A stretch of DNA of 64,000 nt from an uncultured Alphaproteobacteria bacterium (lineage in GTDB: Bacteria > Pseudomonadota > Alphaproteobacteria > Rs-D84). Positions 21,613 through 31,417 of this stretch are shown here, in pieces. The notes below the pieces were generated by a model. It was not told the DNA's origin, did not search any database, and saw only the letters and a list, made by a program, of their open reading frames with translations. Made by a program: the position numbers and the translations under genes. Each line of letters starts with the position of its first letter. Position 1 is the first letter of the stretch. Where the stretch lies: positions 113,010 through 177,009 of the forward strand of contig CAMRSV010000001.1 in NCBI GenBank assembly GCA_947053455.1, read 5' to 3'.

Positions 21613-22362
21613 TTAATATTTTGATTTTTTGCGGTTTTCGCGCGCCATTTCTTTGGCTTCACGGGCATCACGCGCTTCCTGTATAAGTTTAATTTTATCG
21701 CGCTTTATGTTTTCAATATATGTTTGTTGGTACAATTCCTGATATACATTACGGAAAAATCGGTCAAAGACGGGCGCCAATTCATCCGGATAACAGGTCA
21801 AAGGAATCTTTTTAGATCTGTTAGATTCCCTATCAATGTATAATTCCTTGCACGGCTTGCGCTTTGCATATAATTCGGGGTAATTTTTCCGTGCCTCGCT
21901 GTTAAAACGGCGGCTAACTGACAAATCGGGACGAATTCCGACAACATCGCCCAACTTGTTGTCGATAATGTCTGATAACAACGGGTCAATACGTTCAAAC
22001 GCAACAAAATATCCATCCGGAACGCGCGTTAAATCTATATTGCTGCGCCGGGCGATATCCGCAGCCATACCCGGATCATGCTGAATTTCATTTAGCATCT
22101 TTGGCGTCAAATTTATATCTATTTTACATGTTTTGCATGATTTTTCCTGAACTTCGGTTTGTGTTCTGGACGCAATTATATGTGTAAGTGTAACAAACCC
22201 CAGCACCATTACAACCAATATTAATAATACAACTTTTCCCGATACCCCGTGACTGTTATTGATGTTTGTTTCAGTTATGGAATTATTATTGCCACGTTGA
22301 ATAACGGTTTTACCAGATTTTGGTTTTATGAAACTGATAAGCCAAGATAATATCTTCGTCAT
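21613..22362 (-). CDS. Hypothetical bitopic membrane protein (pilus-cluster associated)
   Basis: Basic N-terminus, one TM (KVVLLILVVMVLGFVTLTHIIA), K/R-rich C-terminal tail. Lacks Glu+5, so not a canonical type IV pilin. Confidence 0.3.
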   Translation of the reverse strand: MTKILSWLISFIKPKSGKTVIQRGNNNSITETNINNSHGVSGKVVLLILVVMVLGFVTLTHIIASRTQTEVQEKSCKTCKIDINLTPKMLNEIQHDPGMAADIARRSNIDLTRVPDGYFVAFERIDPLLSDIIDNKLGDVVGIRPDLSVSRRFNSEARKNYPELYAKRKPCKELYIDRESNRSKKIPLTCYPDELAPVFDRFFRNVYQELYQQTYIENIKRDKIKLIQEARDAREAKEMARENRKKSKY

Positions 22363-22428
22363 GAAAACAATCCCTTCCGCATTTTTATAATATAGGATTT
22401 ATTTCCTTTGGGCAAGTCAGATTTAATT

Positions 22429-23532
22429 TTATCCCAATGCGGTGGTTATTTGGTCTTGCATCTGGAATGTTCCCAGAACAACCCATGCGATTATAGCGGA
22501 CACCAGCAAAATACCAAGACTGTTCATCGTACTGGAAATTGATTCCATTTTTCGGATGGATTCATCCAAATAATCATTTGCCACCGCAGACAAATTCGCG
22601 TCAAATCCGTTCATATCTGCATATATCGTCAAATCCCCGATTATTTCACGACTTGGAAAATCGCGGTCTGCATGATTAAGCGCCATTCCCAGATTGTCAC
22701 CGTTTGCGATAAACCCCAGTGTTCTATCCAATATACCGCCCAAATACCTGTTTGCATTATCGGCCAACATACGCATAGCAGCAGGTATTGTCACGCCCGC
22801 CGACACCATTGATGCCAAACTCATCAACCATGTGACGGAAACTTGAATCTTGTATATGCTCCATGGGGGAATTTCATCAAATTTAGAACGCAGCCATCCG
22901 GACCAGTTGGAAAGACTCAACCATATAACCAGCACGGACAGCAAAAATCCAATTACAATTGCAAACCAATAATTTATCGCAAAATCAGACATCCATATCA
23001 GTCCACGCGCAGTTCCGCGCCAAACAACATCATCACCCGCAACAGATGCCAACGGTGGCACCAGATAAACACCTACCATGATGATTATTCCAAATGTCAG
23101 CGCCAATAAGAACAACGGGTACGCAATTGCGCTGCGCATGGCGCGCTTTATACGTTGTGTACCATCGACAACACGACCGACATTTTCCAGCGCAACCACC
23201 AAATTGGACAAATTCCCCGACGTCACCAGCAACGTTTCATCCATCGGCACCCAGCCGCGCGTTGCATCGGAAAAGCTCATTCCGCGTTCCAGGTTTTTTT
23301 GCCATTCACGCATAACAATTGCAAAGGGTTCGTTTGGCTTTTTTCCGTTGTCGCTTTCTATCATTTCCAGACGACCCAGCGCATCCATCAATGTAAAATC
23401 ATTGCGCAGCAACGATGCCAATTTGCGCGCTGTCGCCATTCGCTTTTGTGTATTGAGCCGGAATACCATTTTGGCATAAAGTTTTTCGAGCGCTTCCATA
23501 TCAATACACCCCCGGTCTATCCAACAGACCAA
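22429..23532 (-). CDS. GspF/PilC-family inner-membrane platform protein (R64 PilR / TcpE / BfpE-like)
   Basis: 367 aa with three TM blocks in GspF-like topology. Immediately downstream of the GspE-type ATPase. Confidence 0.55.
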   Translation of the reverse strand: MVCWIDRGCIDMEALEKLYAKMVFRLNTQKRMATARKLASLLRNDFTLMDALGRLEMIESDNGKKPNEPFAIVMREWQKNLERGMSFSDATRGWVPMDETLLVTSGNLSNLVVALENVGRVVDGTQRIKRAMRSAIAYPLFLLALTFGIIIMVGVYLVPPLASVAGDDVVWRGTARGLIWMSDFAINYWFAIVIGFLLSVLVIWLSLSNWSGWLRSKFDEIPPWSIYKIQVSVTWLMSLASMVSAGVTIPAAMRMLADNANRYLGGILDRTLGFIANGDNLGMALNHADRDFPSREIIGDLTIYADMNGFDANLSAVANDYLDESIRKMESISSTMNSLGILLVSAIIAWVVLGTFQMQDQITTALG

Positions 23533-25135
23533 CCCATCTTTCCAACTCGTCTACACCGATTATTCCGCGCAGCATTAATTCCATGGCCGATTCTTTTAAT
23601 GTACGGCCATCCATTTCTTCTAGCCAATAACGTATCGCACCGTCTGTATTCCCGGACAAGGCTAAACCCAAAAATTCACTATTTGTGATAATGATTTCGC
23701 CGGCCTTGATACGCCCCAACGTTCCCGTTCCGTTGCATTCCGTACATCCAGCACCACGAATATAAACTTGACGCAGTCCAATTTCTCCAAATGCGTCCAA
23801 AACACGCTGATACGCCGGATTTTCTGGATGGTCCGCCAAACGTTCCCGGCAATATGGACATAATTTTTTAAAAAGACGCATGGAAACCAAACCGCGCATC
23901 ATCGTTTCTTCTTTAAGTTTGAAACCTTCTATGCCTAAATCCAGCAATCGCGTCAAAGCCGCGATGGCAGAATTGGCGTGCAGCGTTGTCCAAACATTAT
24001 GTCCAGACAACGCGCCACGTATAGTCAACTGCGCCGCGGCCAGAGTTCTGATTTCCCCCACCATCAGCGTATCAGGGTCGCTGCGTAATGCCGCGGCCAG
24101 TGCCTCGGTATACTTTTCGTCACGCTGTTCTTCGGTCGTAGTGTTTACAACCGGCATTTGATGGGCGCCGAATATTTTTTGTTCGACCGGATTTTCAACC
24201 GTTATCATGTTTATTTCATAATGCCGCTCTTTTAGCATAAGCGACATGTTCCGCGCCAATGTTGTCGATTTTCCGGAACTGGTGGGACCTGCGACAATCA
24301 CCAGCCCCGTCGGGAATGCTCGCAGACGCATCAACAACCTTTGTTCATATTCACCAAATTCCTGCTCGGTTTTTATACCTTCTGATGGATTATCATACAG
24401 TAGGCGCATAACAACGTAACGACTGCCGAAGGCAATGGGATTGAACTGCATACGAATGCTTAATATCCCCGCTGGCAGATATAAATCCTTGGTTCCGCGC
24501 AATGGTGTGCGCCCATCTTTCTGTGCGGACTGATATTCATTCTGCGCATAGTTAGCGTTTGACATGTCGGACGACGCAAATGCCGCGCGAACAAAAGATT
24601 CACCCCACCCAGAGTTATATTCCAAAACCGGCTGCATACTTCCGTCGATACGGAAATAAATCGTTGTCTGGTCTGCAACCTCTATGTGAATATCGGAAAC
24701 TTTTTGTGCAGCGGCCTTGGCAATTATATCGACAAAATCCTTTTGCATTTGGTTGTCGAAATCGCGGGTTGCGCGGCCACTGCCCAATTTTAATTCATAA
24801 GACTTGTATATCGCGGAAACCAAGCCCAAATCAGAATAGAACGGGCGGCGCATAGCGCGTCCCCGCTTTTCCAACAAATCCAGAAACGCCAGTACGCGCC
24901 CGTCATATCTATGCGTACGTGAAATTATAATCTCGCCGCCGGAAAAATACGCAATCAAACTCTGTGTATCTTTGGGCAATTCCAGTTCCGCCCCGGTCGC
25001 CGTCAGCAGTCGGTTCCCATTTGCAAATAGATAGTCAACCACGTCTTTTATTTCGGCGTTTTCCAACCCCGTTGGCACGGAATCTGTTTGCACCAGAGAA
25101 ATATTTTCCAAAGAATCGTTGTTCTGCTTTTTCAT
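23501..25135 (-). CDS. GspE/PilB-family secretion ATPase (R64 PilQ / BfpD-like)
   Basis: Walker A VAGPTSSGKSTT. Tetracysteine zinc motif CPYC...CTECNGTG, characteristic of the GspE/PilB C-terminus. Confidence 0.75.
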   Translation of the reverse strand: MKKQNNDSLENISLVQTDSVPTGLENAEIKDVVDYLFANGNRLLTATGAELELPKDTQSLIAYFSGGEIIISRTHRYDGRVLAFLDLLEKRGRAMRRPFYSDLGLVSAIYKSYELKLGSGRATRDFDNQMQKDFVDIIAKAAAQKVSDIHIEVADQTTIYFRIDGSMQPVLEYNSGWGESFVRAAFASSDMSNANYAQNEYQSAQKDGRTPLRGTKDLYLPAGILSIRMQFNPIAFGSRYVVMRLLYDNPSEGIKTEQEFGEYEQRLLMRLRAFPTGLVIVAGPTSSGKSTTLARNMSLMLKERHYEINMITVENPVEQKIFGAHQMPVVNTTTEEQRDEKYTEALAAALRSDPDTLMVGEIRTLAAAQLTIRGALSGHNVWTTLHANSAIAALTRLLDLGIEGFKLKEETMMRGLVSMRLFKKLCPYCRERLADHPENPAYQRVLDAFGEIGLRQVYIRGAGCTECNGTGTLGRIKAGEIIITNSEFLGLALSGNTDGAIRYWLEEMDGRTLKESAMELMLRGIIGVDELERWVGLLDRPGVY

Positions 25136-25156
25136 TTACTGCGCTTATATTTTGGT

Positions 25157-25870
25157 TTAGCGGTTTGCACTGATGTTTAGGTTTTGCGTCATACCATCTT
25201 TGATAAATTCAACCCCGTCGTACAATGATATTGATTTGACCGTGAACCCGTCCAACGTCTTGCCAACAGAAATCCGTTTATTTTGACCGGTCTGTAAATC
25301 CGTGACTGTTGCCTGTAATTGGGAACCTGCACCAAAAACATTAACCAGGCGATATTTTTCACCTAAATCAATATCAGTTTCAATCGGTTCATTGGCAACT
25401 TGCACCGGCGCGGTTGCAGATGCAGCTTCTGCCTGGGCTTGCAGTCGCTCCTTTTCACGGGCAAGACGGGCGGCCTCTGCCTCTAATTTCGCCTTTTCAG
25501 TTTCTATTTCCTGCTTTTGCGCCTCGGCACGCCCGGACAGCGTGTCTATTTCCATATGCAGTTTTATTTTTTCTGCCGCCAGCCGGTCTAACTCCAAATC
25601 CAACTGTGCACGTTCTTTTTCCAGCTGCATTAAAACCTTTTCCTGCTCCAATGTAGTTATCTGTTGAAAAAGGGAACCATCCGCGTTATACGCCGCAACC
25701 GCATCCGCGGTAAGTGAATCTAATTCATCATCTGTGTACCCCATATCCGGCGTCTGTGCAACCATCATCGGTTCGCTTTGAAAATCGGACGTGTCCATTT
25801 CTGCGAATGCCGGTGCGATACATGTCGCGACAAAAACAGACATTATGAAAAAATTTATCTTATTTGGCAT
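25157..25870 (-). CDS. PilP-like periplasmic protein (signal peptide, long coiled coil, C-terminal beta domain)
   Basis: C-terminus LVNVFGAGSQLQATVTDLQTGQNKRISVGKTLDGFTVKSISLYDGVEF matches the PilP/GspC HR-domain pattern. Confidence 0.4.
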   Translation of the reverse strand: MPNKINFFIMSVFVATCIAPAFAEMDTSDFQSEPMMVAQTPDMGYTDDELDSLTADAVAAYNADGSLFQQITTLEQEKVLMQLEKERAQLDLELDRLAAEKIKLHMEIDTLSGRAEAQKQEIETEKAKLEAEAARLAREKERLQAQAEAASATAPVQVANEPIETDIDLGEKYRLVNVFGAGSQLQATVTDLQTGQNKRISVGKTLDGFTVKSISLYDGVEFIKDGMTQNLNISANR

Positions 25871-27122
25871 ATATTATCACCTCATAGTTCCATATCCGAC
25901 GTGATGCATCCCAAGCGCATCGCGTCATATAAACACCGCCGAATTCATCGAATATACGCATAAATTGCGACGGTACAAGTTTTGATTCAACCGCAATTTC
26001 CACAATGTTTAGTGACATCGTGTCAACCCCATTCGACAAAACATCAACAACAATCTGGGATTCAATTGGCGTTCCGATTGACTGAAAAGCAGACTGAACA
26101 TCGCGCAAGAGTGTTTCCGCATCGCGTTCATCTTGACTTGCCACCGATTGAACCGCAGGCAACGGCACACTAACCCGCAGCATATCCTCGTTTTGCTTTG
26201 TAACGATAGCACCCGGCATTAATTCTGTTGCCATTACGTAAAAATCATCGAGAGTTCCAAAATCACGTTGAAATTCGGCGACGGCGTTCAATTCTGTGCA
26301 CTCAACAGACGTCTGGTTCCATCCGGTTACATTCTGCATTACAAATGCCATCGCACGAAAACACATATCCGCCCGCGCGGAGACATCCGGTAAACTGTCA
26401 TATGGCGGTACAATCGGTTCCGGTTCTGGTTCCTTTTCAATATTAAACTCTGCGTCTAGTTCACGATTTTTTTCTTCTATTTGTCGCTTGTACTCGGCCG
26501 CCAGTTCCGGATTTATCTGTGAAATCTGGGGGCGCGGCATCATCATTTGATGCAGCGGTTCGCGAAATATTGACCCGATAAGAGCCAAAAACAAAACAAT
26601 TATTACCAATGGCCCAAGAGCCGCACGAACACGGCTAATAGAACGTAAAACCGCGCGTGCGCCACCGGAAACAACCTCGGAAATAGTTCGTTCAACCGCG
26701 CGCGGCATACCCCATGTACCGGGTGCGACAAACGTCCCCCAATCTGGTATCTGGGATAATTTTGAATATTCAGCGCGAGCTTCGCTTTCCGTTGCAAATA
26801 ATTTGTCTTCTAAAATGACACCGTTTCGCATCGCAACCAGGTAATAACCCTTGTCTACCTGAAACACGGCTAAAAAAGATGAAAATTCCGGGAATGAATC
26901 CACAATGGAGGCCGCCGCGGATGGCATTGCGGTTCGATGTCCAAATTTTCGCGCCCCCAAGCCAACCATTGAACGATATTCTGTAAACAGGTTAAGTTTT
27001 TTATCAACGCCACGTGCAAGACTGCGTGCATAATTACGTGCAAAAAAGCCCGTTGCAACCGGCTGCCAAAACAGACCGACCGCGTATTTTTTTCTGTTAA
27101 CAGATATGACTTGGTTTGCCAA
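25860..27122 (-). CDS. PilO-like pilus assembly protein of the type IVb (R64 / S. Typhi pil) family
   Basis: 420 aa. N-terminal VISVNRKKYAVGLFWQ-type start and a central TM, as I recall for the R64 PilO accessory-protein family. Assigned from memory of that family only. Confidence 0.4.
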   Translation of the reverse strand: MANQVISVNRKKYAVGLFWQPVATGFFARNYARSLARGVDKKLNLFTEYRSMVGLGARKFGHRTAMPSAAASIVDSFPEFSSFLAVFQVDKGYYLVAMRNGVILEDKLFATESEARAEYSKLSQIPDWGTFVAPGTWGMPRAVERTISEVVSGGARAVLRSISRVRAALGPLVIIVLFLALIGSIFREPLHQMMMPRPQISQINPELAAEYKRQIEEKNRELDAEFNIEKEPEPEPIVPPYDSLPDVSARADMCFRAMAFVMQNVTGWNQTSVECTELNAVAEFQRDFGTLDDFYVMATELMPGAIVTKQNEDMLRVSVPLPAVQSVASQDERDAETLLRDVQSAFQSIGTPIESQIVVDVLSNGVDTMSLNIVEIAVESKLVPSQFMRIFDEFGGVYMTRCAWDASRRIWNYEVIIYAK

Positions 27123-27234
27123 TTTCTCCCTCTTACGATAAATTATAGCACAAAAAGATAAACCTTGGCAAATATAGAATGAAAAATACCCGATGAAAAT
27201 ATCGCCGGGTATTCAAACTTTTTTTATCTGCGTA

Positions 27235-27648
27235 TTACTTGCATCCGTATACCGGGTCACACACAGGTCCCACACCATACACCGCGGTCGAACCTGCACC
27301 ATTGGCCGCCGTGTGAACACGGTTCGGATACGGACAATCATAAACGTTTGCCGCCAATACGAATGCGCGTTCAGGGCCAAATATCACCCATTCATTTGGA
27401 CGCGTGCGCTGGCTGGTTATCCAGTATGCATTTCCGCCACGCGCCTGATCGACGATACGGTTTTCTAAATAACGACGGGCATCATCCGCGTCATATACAG
27501 AAACTTCTGATTCTATTTTGTACAAATACGTACAACCCATTGGCTCTGCATTAAGTTGTGTCAAATATTCGCTGCCGTTTTCATTCTTTATAAGTCCGCC
27601 GCACGCCGTCAGTGTTGTGAGCATTACGACCGCAAAAATCTTTTTCAT
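27235..27648 (-). CDS. Lipoprotein (lipobox LTAC), first gene of the pilus-like module
   Basis: MKKIFAVVMLTTLTACGG. 137 aa. Confidence 0.5.
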   Translation of the reverse strand: MKKIFAVVMLTTLTACGGLIKNENGSEYLTQLNAEPMGCTYLYKIESEVSVYDADDARRYLENRIVDQARGGNAYWITSQRTRPNEWVIFGPERAFVLAANVYDCPYPNRVHTAANGAGSTAVYGVGPVCDPVYGCK

Positions 27649-27684
27649 TTTTTGTTCCTTTTTTATTATGCGTCTACACCAATT

Positions 27685-28641
27685 TTAAGCCCTTTTCTGT
27701 CTACTTTCAACTATATCATAATTTGCCGGGTCGCTAAACAATTTTTTCAGCACTAGATTGTTCATCGCGTGGCTACCCTTGTATGATTCGACGCAACCGC
27801 ACACAAATCCGCCACTTGTCGCCATGTCACCGATTACATCTATGATTTTATGCCTAACAAATTCATCGGGCCAGATTACCGAATTCAATGTCCCGTCGCC
27901 GGCATCATTCAATGCGATAACATTTGTCGCGTCCGCGCCACGACCCATGCCGCGCGCCTTTAGATATTCCCATTCGGAATATTTTCCAAATGTACGCGCG
28001 CGCGATATGTTCTTAACAAAATTAGCAACTGATTTTTTCGAACCATCAAAAGAATATTCAAAAGTCTGTGTCCCGATTATTTTTTCCGGATAAACCAATG
28101 TTGCCCGCACATCCAGCGTTTTGCCACCATTTGGCGACAGTTTCACAAAACCATTTGACCGGCGCCCAGAAACAATGTTAAAAAAATAAATTTTCATGCG
28201 CGTCAAAAACGGCAATTCGCGTAAAATTTCATGCGCCCTTGCAATAACGGTACGCTTTACAATGACGCGACGCGTGAACGCGCCCACCGGTTGTGCGACC
28301 GCTGAAATTTTGGAATAAAATTCGGCTGCACTACCGTCCAATATCGGTGTTTCTGGCCCATCAATTTCAACAATGGCGCTATCTATGCCCGACAAAAACA
28401 ACGCGGCCATCAAATGCTCAATCGTTTGAACGTGCGCACCATGAACACTGCCAATTGTGGTGTTACGCATTTTTGTTTCACCGACATTATCATATCGCGC
28501 CATAATTAAATCAGAAGCCTTTATATCCGTGCGGCGAAAAAATATGCCATATTTTTTAGAAGGCTTTATAACCATGTTAACCGGCAATCCGGAATGTATA
28601 CCTACACCAGAAATTTTAATTTGTTTTTCAACTGTTCTCAT
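27685..28641 (-). CDS. lpxC: UDP-3-O-acyl-N-acetylglucosamine deacetylase
   Basis: HTIEHLMAALFLSGIDSAIVEIDGPETPILDGSAAEF motif. Confidence 0.9.
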   Translation of the reverse strand: MRTVEKQIKISGVGIHSGLPVNMVIKPSKKYGIFFRRTDIKASDLIMARYDNVGETKMRNTTIGSVHGAHVQTIEHLMAALFLSGIDSAIVEIDGPETPILDGSAAEFYSKISAVAQPVGAFTRRVIVKRTVIARAHEILRELPFLTRMKIYFFNIVSGRRSNGFVKLSPNGGKTLDVRATLVYPEKIIGTQTFEYSFDGSKKSVANFVKNISRARTFGKYSEWEYLKARGMGRGADATNVIALNDAGDGTLNSVIWPDEFVRHKIIDVIGDMATSGGFVCGCVESYKGSHAMNNLVLKKLFSDPANYDIVESRQKRA

Positions 28642-29543
28642 TTTATCTTATCCCCCAACCATTCAAAAAACGCGTCATCTATTTTGGTGACAAGTTTTGC
28701 ATATTTTATTTTATCGCGCACCCCATCCGGCAGACGAACCCAATCTTTTTCTGTGGTGACAAGTTTTGCCCCCTTCTTCTTGGCCAGCGCAAACAAAGAA
28801 TCCAAATCTGCAAATGTGTACTGATAATGGTCTGCAAACGCGCGCGTTGCCACAATATTCGGCAATGATGCAAAGAACTTTTTCGGAAATCCGATACCGG
28901 CGAACGCAACCAATTTTTCATTCCCTTCATACGGGTTCAGCGTTTCATTTTCTGCATAAAACACCGGCACCCCGCGTGGCAGGACAAAATCTTTTCTGGG
29001 GCGATTGGCACGGATAACAATTATTGCATCGGCACGGCGCGCGGCACGCTTTGGCTCGCGCAGAGGGCCGGCCGGCAGTAAAAAACCGTTGCCATATCCG
29101 ATTCCTTCATCAAAGACAGCAATCGTCACATTCTTTTTTATCGACGGATTTTGCATTCCGTCATCCATTATAATTGGGCGACGGTCACCTTTTTGCCGGT
29201 TAAGCAATATTATATTGCTTTTTCTGTCACCTGTATGCACCTGCAATCCATCGCGAGACATCATTGTCGCCTCGTCCCCGGCATTTCCGGTTTGTGCACT
29301 TTTTTTATACCCGCGCATAACAACAGGGGCATCAAAATAATTTGCAATTGCGCGAACAACCGGTGTTTTACCAACACCGCCCGCCAATATGTTGCCGACA
29401 CACACTATTGGCCGGCGTGATGACATCGCGAACATGCGCCGCCATAGCCATACAATACGACCAATAATATAATACATCACGCCCACCGGCAGTAATAAAA
29501 ACGATACCGGATTTTTATGCATAAACCACCAAGGTGTTTTCAT
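28638..29543 (-). CDS. lpxK: Tetraacyldisaccharide 4'-kinase
   Basis: VGNILAGGVGKTP P-loop. 301 aa. Confidence 0.8.
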   Translation of the reverse strand: MKTPWWFMHKNPVSFLLLPVGVMYYIIGRIVWLWRRMFAMSSRRPIVCVGNILAGGVGKTPVVRAIANYFDAPVVMRGYKKSAQTGNAGDEATMMSRDGLQVHTGDRKSNIILLNRQKGDRRPIIMDDGMQNPSIKKNVTIAVFDEGIGYGNGFLLPAGPLREPKRAARRADAIIVIRANRPRKDFVLPRGVPVFYAENETLNPYEGNEKLVAFAGIGFPKKFFASLPNIVATRAFADHYQYTFADLDSLFALAKKKGAKLVTTEKDWVRLPDGVRDKIKYAKLVTKIDDAFFEWLGDKIK

Positions 29544-29552
29544 AACATATCC

Positions 29553-30371
29553 TTATTTTTTTGAACGCTGTTGCGATTTTTTCTGCCGCTTTTGTGTTTT
29601 CTTTTGTTTTTTTGCGTCTCGCATACTTTGCTTGAATTCGCCTGCATTCAAATCCTGTTCAACTTTGAACAAATTAAATTCGGCATCCATTTCACGAACC
29701 TGTTTTACCATTTCGTCCTCTATACGGCGGCGAATAGATTCAAACTGTTCGGGTGACGCCTTGGCGTCAATGAAGACGGGTTCTGATACTTTGCATGTTA
29801 TTTTTGAAAATGGCAATGCGACCAAATACCTGTCCCAGCGTTTCTGAAACCATGCATGCGATGCGGAAAAACACACTGGAATAATCGGCGCACCTGTCAT
29901 TTTTGCAAAATACAGGGCACCATCTTGAACACGCATAGACGGGCCACCGGGGCCGTCTGGCGAAATACATATGCCGTAACCGCCCGCGCGTAATATACGC
30001 ACCCCCTGGCGCAAAACAGATATTCCACCATCAGACGTACTGCCATAAATGGGCTTTAATCCGAACAATCTTTGCAATTTTGCCATCATACGTCCATCAC
30101 TGTGGCGCGACGCAACAGCGTACGCGTGCATGCCGCCCAATGCAATAATCGGCGACAGCATCATACTGCGCCCATGCCAAAATACAAAGACGGCCGGTTT
30201 GCGGCGATATTTCTTGAATATTTCATATCCCGTTATGCGTTTGCGCGATGTGAAGTATATAAACCAAATGCACAACGCCATAATCCCGGCAATAGTCCAC
30301 TGAATAATTGGACAGTGCAAAATTGGCTGCCAGAATTTTTTCCAAATCTTTCTAAAAGTTTTATTATTCAT
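29553..30371 (-). CDS. DUF374-type lysophospholipid/lipid A acyltransferase-family protein
   Basis: N-terminal TM and FWHGRSMML motif. Commonly sits next to lpxK/waaA in alphaproteobacteria. Confidence 0.5.
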   Translation of the reverse strand: MNNKTFRKIWKKFWQPILHCPIIQWTIAGIMALCIWFIYFTSRKRITGYEIFKKYRRKPAVFVFWHGRSMMLSPIIALGGMHAYAVASRHSDGRMMAKLQRLFGLKPIYGSTSDGGISVLRQGVRILRAGGYGICISPDGPGGPSMRVQDGALYFAKMTGAPIIPVCFSASHAWFQKRWDRYLVALPFSKITCKVSEPVFIDAKASPEQFESIRRRIEDEMVKQVREMDAEFNLFKVEQDLNAGEFKQSMRDAKKQKKTQKRQKKSQQRSKK

Positions 30372-30473
30372 AAATATTCCTTTAACACAAATTCATATGA
30401 ATATTAGCAAGAATAAATTCATATTTCAAGACGGACGCTAAAAACCTTATATTTTAATTTTTTTTATGGTAAA

Positions 30474-30878
30474 ATGCCTATTATGACCAAAGCGATTACA
30501 ATATGGCAGCCCTATGCGGCGGCAATTGCATGCGGATTAAAGCGGTATGAAACGCGCGGTTGGGCAACAAAATACCGCGGCCCGCTGATTATTCATGCAT
30601 CAATGCGGCGATTAAATTCTGTGGGGCGTGAACTGGCCGAAAAATATAATATATTGTCGAACGCGCATCACACCGGCGAATTTATTGCAATATGCGACAT
30701 TGTTGATTGTATTGAAATTACTGCGGAATTTATCGAAAAACAAAGCGAAACCGAAAAAATTTTTGGAATCTGGGCCATTGGGCGATATGCATGGAAACTT
30801 GAAAACGTTCGTCCTTTGCCACATGGCATAAAATCACGCGGATATCAGGGATTATGGAACGCACCAAATTTTAATTGA
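30474..30878 (+). CDS. ASCH-domain protein
   Basis: 134 aa; ASCH-domain-like size and N-terminal pattern (MPIMTKAITIWQPYAAAI... then ...YETRGW...). Confidence 0.5.
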   Translation: MPIMTKAITIWQPYAAAIACGLKRYETRGWATKYRGPLIIHASMRRLNSVGRELAEKYNILSNAHHTGEFIAICDIVDCIEITAEFIEKQSETEKIFGIWAIGRYAWKLENVRPLPHGIKSRGYQGLWNAPNFN

Positions 30879-30915
30879 CATGTAATATATTTAATATATA
30901 ATACACATACTTTAT

Positions 30916-30992
<77 letters not shown>

Positions 30993-31003
30993 AGATTCAT
31001 CTC

Positions 31004-31036
31004 CGTCCCCAAAAAGTACTTTGGGGATTTTTTATA
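31004..31036 (+). terminator. Bidirectional terminator after the tRNA
   Basis: TCCCCAAA-aagtac-TTTGGGGA + TTTTTTAT. Confidence 0.6.
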
Positions 31037-31039
31037 AAC

Positions 31040-31315
31040 CTATACCTCGCCCGTCTTCATATCTACGCCGATATAATATTTGTATTTTTCCGGCATGAAT
31101 CGCATCAATATAAAATTTTCAACATCTGGGCCGCCATATCCGAACCTTTGATACTCGTCGCGCCAATATTTATTTCGTGTAGCGGCATCTGTTACAAATT
31201 CAATAAATCCAAACAATCGCAGCGCATGACGCGTTTCGGGGTATCCATCCGCCCCATTTGTAGACAAGTGCACATATGTACACGCACGAACTATTTGCAT
31301 TATATAGTCATTCAT
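31040..31315 (-). CDS. Small pyridoxamine-5'-phosphate-oxidase-like protein (start at MNDYIM)
   Basis: YVHLSTNGADGYPETRHALRLF resembles PNPOx split-barrel strands. The upstream part of the long ORF looks non-coding. Confidence 0.35.
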   Translation of the reverse strand: MNDYIMQIVRACTYVHLSTNGADGYPETRHALRLFGFIEFVTDAATRNKYWRDEYQRFGYGGPDVENFILMRFMPEKYKYYIGVDMKTGEV

Positions 31316-31417
31316 TATTCCCCCACCGTTTATTGAAATAAATATACCAAAACATATTTTTAATTTCACCCGGAATAAAACCTTGCACACGGCGGATAAA
31401 TTCATACAATAACCGGC

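Noticed and set aside
21237-22362. Calling the 249-aa or 98-aa protein the major pilin
   Set aside because: Neither has a canonical type IV prepilin leader ending in Gly followed by Glu+5. Kept as hypothetical membrane proteins.
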